A stretch of DNA of 64,000 bases. Origin: Paraspadella gotoi (lineage: Eukaryota; Animalia; Chaetognatha). The notes beneath the pieces were generated by a model. That model did no database searches and was not told the DNA's origin. It was given only the letters and a program-made list of their open reading frames with translations. The position numbers were made by a program, and so were the translations under genes. Position 1 is the first letter of the stretch. Every line of letters begins with the position of its first letter. Of this stretch, positions 27,801 through 40,882 are shown one piece after another. The stretch covers positions 913,923 through 977,922 of the forward strand of contig CM119264.1 of assembly GCA_051294375.1 (NCBI GenBank). The letters are read 5' to 3'.

Positions 27801-30800
27801 TTAAAAAAATGTTATCGGAGTATCGGTATAATTTTGAATATATTTGAAATGCTCGTCAACTTCTTAATTGTCCTTATGCCTGATATGCTCAAAAAGTGAT
27901 AACTTGATGGATTGTTTATTAATTTTTGTGATTGAATTGGATTGGAGTGTCCAAATAATTAGAGTTGGACTTAGTGTAGTTGGTTGATGTACCTTCACGT
28001 CTTACAGATGCTGTTGAATGATGAGGATATCTGCATCATATCGATTCACTACGATGACATTATTTACGTATTAAACTTCGATATATATATACAAGTTGTG
28101 TAAAAAAAATTGTTATAATCCATTGTCAGTCCATCAGATGCCGGCCCGCACTCATTCTGGCACTCAGTCACTTGAAGATCATGTCAAAATGTGGAATTTA
28201 TAATTAGAATTCTGACAAAAATTATATCCCTTGAACAAAAAATGTCACTTATTCGTGATTGAAGTGATGGATTGAAAAGTGTATGATTACAAGGGTATAC
28301 CCCCCCGCCCCCCCTCCCCCAAGTTTTGGAAGACGAAGTGCAGAATGAGTTTAAAGTAGAAGAACATATCAAATCTCTACCAGAGACATCTCTTTTACTA
28401 ACTCTTCTGCAACCGCCTATACATTACTGCGCTCCTAAGGCTATCCTACAACTTCGGATGGGATAAACCTTGAGATGAAAATTTCTTGTATGCCGCGTAA
28501 ACCAGAAGCTCCTGTGTGTTCGCACGCAGGGATATAAATTCGTCATGAATTGGATTAGTGGGAATGCCCAGTTTTCAGTAGAACACAAAATTATAAGTTG
28601 GCGACTTGGAAGTCGCTCTTGATGCAAGTTGATGCTGCTACGCGCATGAATGTTTTAGATGAAGTAATTTCACGTGAAAAATGATGCAGCAACTTTCAAA
28701 AAAAATTAAGTTATAAAAAGTTGAAAGAAATTATGTGAAGTTTAAAAAGAATGGGGCAATTTACACCACAAGATGATACAACTGTGAAAAATGATGCCGC
28801 CCAGTGTAAAAAGAGTGATCGCTCGGGAGTTTGAAAGAAAGTAATGTAGAGTTAAAAAAATGATGACGATGGACAAAAAGGTGGTTTCACGTCCGGCGGT
28901 TTTTGAAAGAGGCATTATTTCTCTCTCCTCGGTGGAAGTTTCTGACGGTTAAGTGTAATCGCGTTATCTTTTGATCAGTCACCTTGCAAGTATTTTTGTT
29001 GCTTTTGCTCCGGAAACTCGGTGGCCCCACCGCCCCGCACGCCACGCCACACTCCACCCCTCCATGTCGTCATCCCACAAACTCCCACGCCACCCGCGCC
29101 GGCTCTCGTCGGTTTGTGTCTGAGCGAGCATCAGATCATTGGATGGTTCGGTGGACGATATGTCGAATGAAGCACATCAGATTCAGGGGTTCGGATGGCG
29201 TGGACCCAACAGATAGATCGGATTATCTACTTTTTTTACTGATGATGATATATCATGAGTTATTTCTGATCATAACTTGTATCGAAGTTTTAATAGTAGA
29301 TATAATAGATTTATGAATCGATATGATCAGATATTCTTACTTCGACATCTGTACAATGAATCATAACAGCTTATAGACATTTACATGGTGTTCCTCAGAG
29401 CAACGATTTACGAGTGTTGCGGATTCCAAGGATAGATTGCAGCAGATGATAGATGCTAGGCAGGAGATAAAAGTGTGGAGTGATCACAGAATGCACGGAA
29501 TTGGGTCAAGGAATGCCCCATGCCCACCGCGCTGCGGACGCGCGACATGCAATCTGATAAAATTTGTGGACAAGGTTCGTAGGGCTCGTCAAAAACGCCC
29601 AGATCGCATGCCATGTGGGTGGCTGGCATAGCAGCTGGCGGTGTACGCTTAGCGTCGACGTCAATTAAGCGGACCGCGCTAAGTTCCGCGCTGTTAGAGA
29701 TTAGAGACGGCGGTGCGCCGAAAAGAGCGGAGCCTGACTAAGAGGACTTGATTTTTTGGTTCCTCTTTTTGAAACTTAGCGGAGTACTGGAGCCATGGAT
29801 GTGCAAAAGGTATTACACCTATACTACTACTCCTACTCATTGTTGTACCGGCAATACATTCGGTTGAGTTTGTGAAAGAACGGTTAGTGGTAATTATACG
29901 GGTGCAGCCCGAGAACAGCCGCCAGTGCTGAGTAATAATATATTAATTAATTATTTAACCCTTGTGCAATTAATCAACAATTAGTACCAATCAAATGAAA
30001 TATTAGTTTTGTTTGTAGTATGAGTCAGCATAGGGAAATTAGAATTTATAAATCCAGTTTGCAAATAAGTTCAAATTTATGAGTCTCAATAGAACAATTG
30101 TTAAGACCTAAAAACTCAGCGTTTAATTATGATTTAGCTTCTATTAGCAGGGATATTTCATTATGTTTAGAATTAGTTATTCTTAGGGTTGGACTCAGGG
30201 CCTTGGATTGCTTTAGTCGGTGATTTTACATAAGTTAATGGATAAAAAATATATTTAGTTATTTATACGACTTAAATAGATATTTTATCCTTCAGCAGTC
30301 TGTACAGTGAAGAGATCTAACAAGTTGTTAGCGCGAGCACCTGTGGTTTGAAGTATCGTATGAGTAGTTATCATTTAGTAGTGAACCAGTATTTACATGA
30401 AAACATAGAAGGATTTTATTCTTTAATTAAAAGCTTTTATCAGCAGCAAGCCTTGTGTCCTCCTCCAGCCTATGGAATCTTGTACAGGTCGAGTAAAGAA
30501 TGCTGTTCAAGAATTTTTAATTAGAAAGTAAGCTGACGGAGTATGTTGGCCAGCTATTAAGCTAGTTGTTTGAGTAACATAACTTTGCTTTTTTATTGAG
30601 ATTGATGGGGTTGAGATAAAGTTTCAGAGATCCTTCAAAAGAGGCTCCCATGAAAAGTTGTTGGTCGGTGGTCGAATTGTAGGATGTTACCAAAAACTTT
30701 TATCTTACTCGTATTGTTTATTAACTGTCTGTACTATCTAATTAAGTAAGATATATAGTTTGTTACAGTAATTTAAGTAAGTTAGTAAAAACTTACAGAA

Positions 30801-33256
30801 TACGCTCCAGGATGTGAGACATAGTTCATTTTCAGAAAAAGGTTATTGAAATAAGTTAAAGGGGCTTGTTAATGAGAATAATGTTTATGAAGAGACTTTT
30901 TATAGGTACATCAGCACTCAAAAGTTCTCAGCTCGTATTGAAGTAGCTCCACTCCTCAGCAGATTGTAAAGTGCTGCAGCAGAGCTCCCAGAGGTAGTTA
31001 AGATCTAAAGATTTTTTGAATTATTCAATTACTGTTTACAAGCTGATGAATTTAAGTGACAGCAGAAACCTTTCGTACTTAGAGCACAAGTGAGACTTAG
31101 TGAAGGTGTGCGAAGAAATCGTTCAAGGCAGGGGTAGCACGGCAGTGTCAGCTTATTAAATGGGATGTGTTCCTAACACTCTTTTTTACGCTCCACAGTA
31201 TTTATCTAGACCAGTCATTTAATCCGAGCCAGACTGTTTCATTTCGCACGGCCTACGGGGTTAGGAGCATTTTTTCGCCGGCTCTTGCCGCGGGTCAGGA
31301 AGGTCATGATTACAACTACTTGAAGTCTGAGAAGATAGGGTTGAAAGAGTAGAGTGTTAGAAATGAGGGTTGAAATGATGAAGATAAAGATGAGCAGAAG
31401 AATGACGCACTTGAAAGTAGGGAGTTGAGAGATATTTTGAGAAGCTAGAGTGTGAAAGAGAGAGAGGTGAGAAGTGAGGAGTTGGAATATAGAGATTGAA
31501 GGTGTAGAAATGAAAAATGAAGTTACTGATGTGAACTTAATAGATAGTTAGGAAATGATTGAGAAATGAGTTGACAAGAGTGAGGAAGTTGAAAATATGA
31601 AAGAGTTGAGAAAATGAGAATGAGAGATGAGAGGAGTTAGAGTTAGTAGTTCAGGCTAAGTTGCAGATTGTAGAAATTTTTGTTTGCTCTCCAGAAAGGT
31701 TTAGTCATGAAGATGTTGTGCCAATTTGATTCGCACGAAGGCGAGCGATGGATCTCACGGCGAAATGTCCAAGTTTCACAAGTTGATTCACGACAAAGCT
31801 CCCGATCCGTGATTTTTACGGGTTCACAACTCGAGGTGAGTCGGCCGGGTGAGTCGTCGTGGTGAACTAGTGAAAACTCACGCGGTCCAGCGCAGAAGGT
31901 TTCTATACTAAATAGTGAAGAGGAAGAGGGAGGGTGAGGTACAGAACATGTAAGTAAAGTAGGTTTTCCACACGAGAATGAGAGGGAGCCATCAGTGTCA
32001 GAGTGTCTTGTAGTGGTAAATATACCTGAGCAATTAATAGCTACGTTATTGGTATTTATATAAAAGCAAATCTCCATTTCAAAAAATTGAGATAGTGGAG
32101 ATTATGCAGTAAAATGCGGTATGGCAAGACGTTATGAAGTAAACAAGAACTGGTGGGAGTCTTGATTGGAAAAGTTGCAGGGACGCTTTGTTTTTTCACT
32201 GTAAAGAATGATGATGCAAAGCCATAACACTGCCGCAAAGTTAGGCAAGATGATTATAGTTATGTAATGAATGATATATAGTTTCATACTATTTATCACT
32301 CTCGATATACTCTGATTTAGGTAGATAGAGCAAGACAAATCTTTAGAGGTGGAATTCGGTTAAGTTGTTGTGAGAGAGTGGGGGAAAGAAGAGGAAGAGG
32401 GGAAGAGTGAGGGAGAGGGGACGGGGAAGGGGAAAGAGAAGGAAAGAAGAAGAAGAAGGAAGGAGGGAGAAGGAAAAGAGAAGAGGGGAGAGAAAAGAAT
32501 AAGAAAGAGAGAAGAAGGAGGAGAAAAAGAAAGAGGGGGAGGTAGGAAGAGAGAAGAAGAGAGAGAGGAAGAAGGGAAGAATCTAAAGATGAAGAATAGT
32601 TTAGGAAGATTTAATAGATAAGTTTAAGGACGAGTACAAGTTGATTGAATGAGATGTTGGAGATGGAAATGTTTTAGGTGATGAGACGTATGTTTAAATG
32701 AATAACTGCGTCTGTAAATGAAATTATGATATAGAGAAGTGAAATTGAAATTATTTGAATGAAATGAAAATAGTTTTTAAAATAGAATTAAGAATGATTT
32801 CAAGTAAAGGAAAAAAAAGGATGAATGATATATATAATAAATTAAATGGATTTTAAATCGAAATTTATGATATATATACGAAATTAAATGATTTTAAATG
32901 AAATTAAAGTGATTAAATGAAATAAAAGTGTTTTTAAATGAAATGAAAATGGTTTTTAAATGAACATCAAGAAAGAAAAGGTTTAAATGAAGGATGAAAA
33001 ATTGAAATGTAAAATTACCATGACTTTTTTTTTCCTTGGTCCTGATCCTTTCCTTTCTGTCTTTACATATTTTTTTTGTCTTTTTATTTTTCTTTTTCTC
33101 TTTAGTTTTTTTATTTTTTCTGTGTTTATTAACTGTTGCCTCGCATCCCGGTTGAATTTTTTATGTTCGTGTATTGTGCATCGGTATTACGATCTGCTAC
33201 TAACATAAACATTATTGAGACGAAATAGAGAGCGAGAGGAGAGAGAGAGAGAGAGG

Positions 33257-33302
<46 letters not shown>

Positions 33303-34237
33303 CGACCTTGGTCGACGAGGATTTAGTGGCTCTAGTGATCGTAGCAAGAATTTTGAGTGTTGGAGGGGAAAAGTCAGAAATATCATTAGCGAAATGCCTT
33401 GGTGAGAGTTTTGGGTTGAAAGAAACAAGAGAAGAAGAAAGAAGGGAAAGATAGAAGATAGAAGAAGAAAGAAAGAAGAAGAAGAAAGAAGAAGAAAGAA
33501 AGAAAGAAGAGAAAGAAGAAGAAAGAAGAGAAAGAAGAAAGAGAAAGGAACGCAAAAGAGACACGAGAAGTGTTTAATGAGTTCCTGAAGTTACTGCGCT
33601 GATGTATAATTATACAGTGTTAGATACGATAGTACTAAATAATTATGGCTTATTTTTAATCCAAAATTCAGCTCCTGCTGTAGCATGAGTATTCCCCGAT
33701 CGTAATACTTGGGGGAGTGGTCTTTTCATACAAATCGGAAACATTCTTCGAAATATTATACGAGGTATAGGAGTGATAAGAGTATAACTGTATAAGCCTT
33801 TAGGTAGAGCCTATAAAAAAGTATATAAATAATATCTGCTGTGAAATTAAGAGCGGTAATTTTGGGTGATGCATGAAGATCACTTTTAAGATTCCCGTAT
33901 TGCAAAACTATGATATATTGTGTACATATGTAAGTACTTGCTTTTATTAACTTTGTTATGGCGGTATTACGCGAGATTAGAGTATTAAAGAATTAAAACG
34001 AGGATTCAACGGCAGGACCGTGAGGCGGACAGACGTGGACAAGGACGGACCGACGCTGTTTTTTTTGTATTCGGCGGGGCGGCAGGACGAAAAAGAAAGA
34101 AAAGAAAAAGGAAAGGTTTTATTTTGAAGTTTTGTTACAAGAGGAGAGGAGAAAGGAGAGAGGAGAGGAGAGGAAGAGAGAGAGGAGAGAGGGAGGAGAG
34201 AAGAGAGGAGAGGGAGAGTGGAGAGAGAGAGAAGAAG

Positions 34238-34269
<32 letters not shown>

Positions 34270-37200
34270 GAGAGAGAGAGGAAGGGAGAGGAGAGAGAGA
34301 GAGAGAGAGGAGGAGAGAGGGAGGAAAGGAAAGAGGAAGAGAGAGAAGGAGAGAGAAGAGAAGAGAGAAGAGAGAGAGAAAGAGAAGGAGGAGAGGAGAG
34401 AGAGAGAGAAGAGGAGAGAGAGAGGAAGGAGGAGGAGAGAGGAAGAGAGAGAAGGAAGGAGAGGAGCAGGAGAGAGAGAGAGAGAGAGAAGAAGAGAGAA
34501 GAGAGCAGGAGAGCATGGGGTTTCGAAGATCGAGCAGCCCAGACGGACGAGAAGGAGCTGTGCGCCTCTCTTCGCCGCGTGCCTCTCTCGTCTTAGCCGG
34601 CCGGTCCGAAGGTTCGAGGTAGTGCCCGTCGTTGAGCTCTCGAGAAATGAGCGGATCGCTCGTTGGCTTTCTCTACCGACGGGGCGATCGTCGCGGGTCT
34701 TTATTGTGTGCGACTTACCCGCGGCTTTGCCTTTTTCTCTCATCTCTTTCTCCTTGTTCTCTATTTCTCTGCTGTCTCTCTCATCTATCTCTTGCTCTTT
34801 TATAACTCGAATGTTTGAAGTTTACCGCCGACCAATATCATGATAGAGATTTAACTAAAATTTTATTAAGGTTTAGGTGGCAAGGGCTAGCGCGTTTGAA
34901 CTGACCCCTATATTTTTGAGCAAAAACAGCATGGAAGTTATATGTGCCTGAAAAATAACTTATTATTATTATGAATCTAGTTAAATGAAGTAATAAATCA
35001 TTATTTTAACAGGCATTTAATGATTTTCAGTCATTAAATATGTAATAATATGTAGCATAAGATTTGTAATCTTTTATTACACTTAATATGAAATAAACTT
35101 GTAAAATGTAACATTCTAAGGTCTGATTTTTTTCGAATTGTACACATTTCCTGTGGCGAATCTCTTCACCCTGACTTAAATATGGGGCTCATTTTGTAAC
35201 CCGCCATCTGGCCATTTTTGAATCAATCATTTTTTATATGTACTAATAAGTCTTTAGTATTAACTAAGGTTGCTCCGATGAACTGCATCAATTTTGTCAA
35301 TCATGTTACAATTTACATCGATTAGCTTATAACCGCTTAATATTATCGTAGGCAGATCTTGACATTGTTTGCTCAAACTTGTTTTACCATTTAATGTTTC
35401 ACTTAGTTACAACAATCAAAACTTAGTTTAAATTTAAAAAAGTTTAATAGTTTTGCAAATGTAGCATTTGCCTGCTCTTCAATGCTCTTCAAAATAGTAA
35501 GGAGATTATTTTTTTTTAAATGTCAGCTGATCTTTACTTTTCTTTTATTATTTATTTTATTAATTTTATAAATCATCGTTAATATAAATCTTTGTTTTTG
35601 GTTTTTTGTGTATTAATATGATTAATCATGATTTAATGGCTTATTATTTTTTTAATACCAATTTGATTTACTATTTTTTTAGTGGTATTTTGGTATTTGA
35701 ATTAATTAGATTTTTTTTCATTTAAAAACAGGAGAAAGAACTACTATATGTCCCAATAAAGGCGGGCCAAAATTGAACAGCTTTTTATAACTTCTAGTTC
35801 TCTCAAAAAAATTTATTTCTTTCTTCTATTACTAAATCGATTTTCAATGCACCTTTTTTGATTATTTCATTGTTGCACTGAAGGTTTTAATTTTGTTATT
35901 AATATTTCTAAAAACAAAATAACAAAATTTTTTTTAAAAAAATTGTTTTTTTAAAAACGGATTCTATAGAGGCTTGAAAATTTTAAATGAAGGTAGTACA
36001 CATTTTTTTTAAACATTTTGCAATAAATTGCTTAAAATAGAAAAAACCTTAAAAAATCATCATTATCCATAATCATTGGGCTGAATTTTTATGGTTTTTT
36101 TAAAATTTTATTCATCATAAACAAAAAAATTTAAAAAATTTGTATATAGACCTTTATCTACTTTTAAAGCTCTACTCAGAATCTATTAAAAAAAATTTTA
36201 AATTTTATTAGTTTAAAATAATTTTTAATGTTTCGTGCACTAATTAATAAGAATAAATTTTTAAAATTATTTTCATTTTCATCTTCACTAACCAGTCACT
36301 TACCATTATTTTATTTGGAGAGAACTTCTAGTTTTTCAACCTGTTCCGGCCTAATGTCCAATGGACATGTCTAATTGGTCCATTACCTCATACTTTTATT
36401 TTTTATTTAACTTTTAAATACTTTTAATCTCAAAGAAAAAATTGGAAAATACATTTCTGAAGTTTTAAATTAGACATCTCTTATAAAAAGTCACTAAATA
36501 AAGAGACTCATTATCTTACAATTCTTGTATTTTCTATATATACAAATGGCAAACCGAGACCTCATAACCCGACTATTCATTTATCTTTTAATTTCAGCGG
36601 TTGCCATAGATATCTGACAACGAAATGTTACAAATTGAGAATTAAATCATACTATAATAATTGAGGGATATTCAAACCTAATTATTAGTACATTCGAGCG
36701 AGTTTTTTAAAAATCAATTAGATAATTATCTTCCACGTAGACAGAAAAAAGATAATACTAACTAAAAAAGCATTTTTATGAAAGAGCTGAGAAATTCGAT
36801 GAGTTAGAAAAAGCAGAAAATTCGGCAAATTCGGCGAAACGTCTCCCGAATGAACGCGGAAAGGAGCAAAGGCGGTGAATGAGTAGGAGGAGTCATTTTT
36901 TCGTCACAGGGAAGACGGCCGTAGAGAGAGCGGAACACTTCTCCGCCGCCGAGGTGTCCTCACGGGGTCACCGCGGCTGCCTATTCATGGTCGAGACAGG
37001 GTGGGGCGGTAAAGTCAACCATATGCCTCGGAGGGGAGAAGAGAGAGAGAGAGAGAGAGAGAAGAGAGAAAGAAGACGCTAAATGAACAATGGATTCCAT
37101 AGGGAAAAGGAGAGGATAGAGGCCGTGGCGGTGGGTGGCGCTGCGTGAGGAGGAGAATGAGGTGGAGAAAAGAGGAGAAGGCAGGAGGAGAAGAGAGAGG

Positions 37201-37558
37201 AAATCATGATTTTTATTGGTAATTCGTGTAGTCGAAATTCATAGTCGAAAATAGCGCTTCACTAATAAGTGAAAAGAGGAGGAGAGAGAGGAGGAGAGAG
37301 AAGGAGGAGGAGAGGAGGAGGAGTACGAAAGACGAGGAGGATTTTTTAAAGAAATTGATCGTATTTTGTTTGGGAAGAAGTATTATTAATAAAAGGAAAA
37401 ACAATTCAAATAAATTAACAACATATTTAGATAAAAACATGCCTTATTTAATTCGAATAATACTTCAAAATGAATCTTTCATATTCAATTTGGGAATTAG
37501 TTACATCTTTTTATTAGGTTTATCTATAGCTTTTATTTAGTCCTAGGAGTCTATTTTT

Positions 37559-37596
<38 letters not shown>

Positions 37597-40524
37597 AGAG
37601 AGAGAGAGAGAGATGAAGATAAGAAGAGAGAGAGGAGAGAGACGAGGACGATGCTGCAGCAAAGGAAAGAAATAGTGTGATTTTGTCAAGGTTACCGGCT
37701 GTGAAAAGGGAGCTGCTTTTCTTCCGGCAGATTAGTGATGACGACGACGACTATAGAGATGAAACGAAGATGATGACGATGAGATATCTCGATGCACTTG
37801 ACCTGAGGTCGAACGAAAAAGAGTGAAAATGTAAAGGCATTTGCGGGAAGAGGAAAGCGTGAGACTTTATCACAGGAAAAACACAATGGGAGGGGCAGCG
37901 ATAAAGGGAGGCAGATATGATGATGATGATGATGATAACGACGATGATGTTGACGATGATGATGACGATGATGATGATGATGATGATGAATGATGATAAG
38001 ACGATGATTTGAGATGATGATGCGATGATGATGATGATGATGATGATGACAAGAAAAGCATCACTCAAGTTTATTACAAAGCGACAATTAAATAACGAGC
38101 AATTCAAATGTCAATAAACAATATCTAACTTCTTTAGTTTGAGGCCGCGAGTACTCGCGAAGCAACTCTATAAGTCCTTTTTCGTCGGTCTGCTCGTCGT
38201 CCGTAGTCTGTAAATTACGTTAAAAACTGCTCCAATTGCATATTCTTTTATTATTGCATTATGCATATTTTTTTAATAATTTTTATTATTGTTTAATATG
38301 GAAAAAAGGGGGAAAGTCGAATTGGCGAAGTTATATTTTCGGTTCTTAATAACCTAGTAAAGTGCTTGAAACAATATGTTTCAATAATTTAAACAGAAAT
38401 TGATTGACTAATATTTATGTTGTTTATAGACACAAAGACTTTTATTCAGATAAGAAAAAAAGTTTCTCCATTGGTTAGCCTTCATCGGCCGAAACGTAAT
38501 ATTTGTTGTCTGAAATCAAAACATAAAACTTCTCATTTGAATATAAAATTTTAAGTCTGGATACAAAAACCATTTAAATTATAATTAATTCATGTTATTT
38601 TGTTTGTAGTTATTTTTCTTAACTTTCCTATCAGGTTAAAAGTTGATAGTGATAAGTGTAAGTGAAAATTGATAATCTCAAAGTCGCTTAGTAATTCACG
38701 TTTTTTTATACATCTTCACATTTTTCGTCCTGTGAGTTGAAATCAATACTTCACTTCAAGGAATCGCGATAGTTTCGTCCCTGTTTCAGCCTTTCTGTCC
38801 TGCGCTTCCATCTCTCTCTCTCATCTCTCTCTCTCCTCCTCCTCTCTCTCATCCTCTCTCCTTCTCTCTCTGCTCTCTCTCTCCTCTCTTTCCTCTCTCT
38901 CTCCTCTCTCTTTCTCCTCTCAGCGTCATTCTTCGCTTCTTTTTTCCTCTCAAGGTGGACTCCATTTCCATCTCAACGCACGAAAAGTTACGGCCATCGA
39001 AATTCATCACAACTCTCGCTCTCTCTGTCTATCTCTCACTCTCTCTTCCTCCTTCTCTTCTCTCTCTTCCTCTTCTCTCTCTTTCGCCTCGTCTCTCTTC
39101 TCTCTCTCTCTTCTTCTCTGGCACTTTCTCGAATATGCACTACACAAATAGAGAACCCACAAGCAAGTTATACTCAGAGTAAAGTCTTAATACATGTTCT
39201 AACTTTTTACATTTTATACAATTTTAAATTTTACTTTTTACAAGAATAAATTTACAGTGAGGTTTAATAGTATATCAAGTGCATAACAATTGGCCATGCA
39301 AAAATCGGTAATAATTGAAAAACTGAATATAACTTACTAGACATACTATGCAGTTTACTAAGAATGTAATCTAAAAGATAAACTCGTGAAAATTATTTCA
39401 AATGTATGTATGTAATATGAAAAAGTAAAAAGTGATTTCGATAATTGTAGAACAAAATATGATAGAGAATATAAAAGTATAAACAGAATAAAAGGAAAAA
39501 ATCCGAATAAAACGAAGTTAAAAAAAGGTAGAAGTAAAAGACGAAACAAGAGAGAAAGAAGCTGCGAAAATGATGAACTAGAAAATAAAAAATATGAAAC
39601 TGAAGCTGAAAAGTTGTGAAATTAATGGTTGCGAAATGAATACAAGCAGTATGAAGTGAAAAGAAGCCTCTTGGTTTAAAAAGCTCGAAATAGAAAAATT
39701 AAAGAAGAGGCTTTAGTTGTGAAAAGCTAGAAGCTATGAGACAGACACAAAGTTGTGAAAATTTAAAGAATGGATCAAAAAAGATGTTATGAAAGCCAAG
39801 AAAATAGAAGCTAAAAGATGGACGCCATTAGGTTAATACTTTGAAGAAGAGCTAACCTAGAAGATGGAANNNNNNNNNNNNNNNNNNNNNNNNNTCCCTC
39901 ATTCTCTCTCCTCTCTCCGACGTTCAATAACCATCGCCAATGCAATCTGCCATCCTCGACCATTGAGGACCTCGCTTTATGACTCTTCTACTATGTATAT
40001 CATGTTTTCGAAGGCTAACCCTCATTTTGCAGCGCTCTGGCTCTCTCTCTCTCTGGCTCTCTTGCTTTCTTTTCTTTCTTCATTCTCTTGTGTCTTTTCC
40101 TTTATCTTGGTCTTTCTTTCCTTATTTTCTTATCTTTTCTTTCTTCTTTCTTTCGTTCTGTTTCTTTCTAACTCTTTCTCTTCCCCTTCTATGTCTTCTT
40201 CCCAATTACGTTTATCAATGTCTTTCCTTATCTTGTTTTCTCTCTCCCATCATCCATCCTTTCTGTCCGATCTTTTAGCTATTCAATTCTCAATCGAAGC
40301 TTCTCTCGTAGTCTTCTGCTCAGTTCGGCTGAACTCTTCATCTCGTCCTCTCTCTCCTTCTTCGGATGCATCTCCTGCCGTCAAGTCGGCGTCTTCATCT
40401 TCTCGTCTCTCAGCTCTCTCTCCTCCTGTTTCAAACGGTGAGGTTAGTAGGCAATTTTTTTCGCAGCGGCTGCTCCGCCGGGTCAAAGGTCAATGATACA
40501 ACGACTAGGGACCTTGAAAGGTCT

Positions 40525-40882
40525 GAGAAGATGAGGGGTTGAGAAGATGAGAGGTTGAGAAGATGATGGGTTGAGAAGATGAGAGAATAGAAGATGAGCG
40601 GACGAGAAGATGAGAGGTTGAGAAGATGAAGGATTGAGAAGATGATGGGTTTGAGAAGCTGAAGAGTTGAGAAGATGAGAGGTTGAGAAGATGAGGGATT
40701 GAGAATATGAGAGATTGAGAAGTTGAAGGAATGGAAAAGATGAGAGATTGAGATGATGTGACGTTGATAAGATGAAGGGTTGAGAAGATGAGGGATTGAG
40801 AAGATGAGGGGGTTGACAAGATGAGAAGTTGAAAATATGAAGAGTTGAAAAGATGAGAAGTTGAAATGACGAGGAGTTGAGA
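40525..40882 (+). repeat. 16-bp minisatellite
   Basis: gagaagatgagrggtt units; garbled counterpart at ~31330-31640. Confidence 0.85.
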
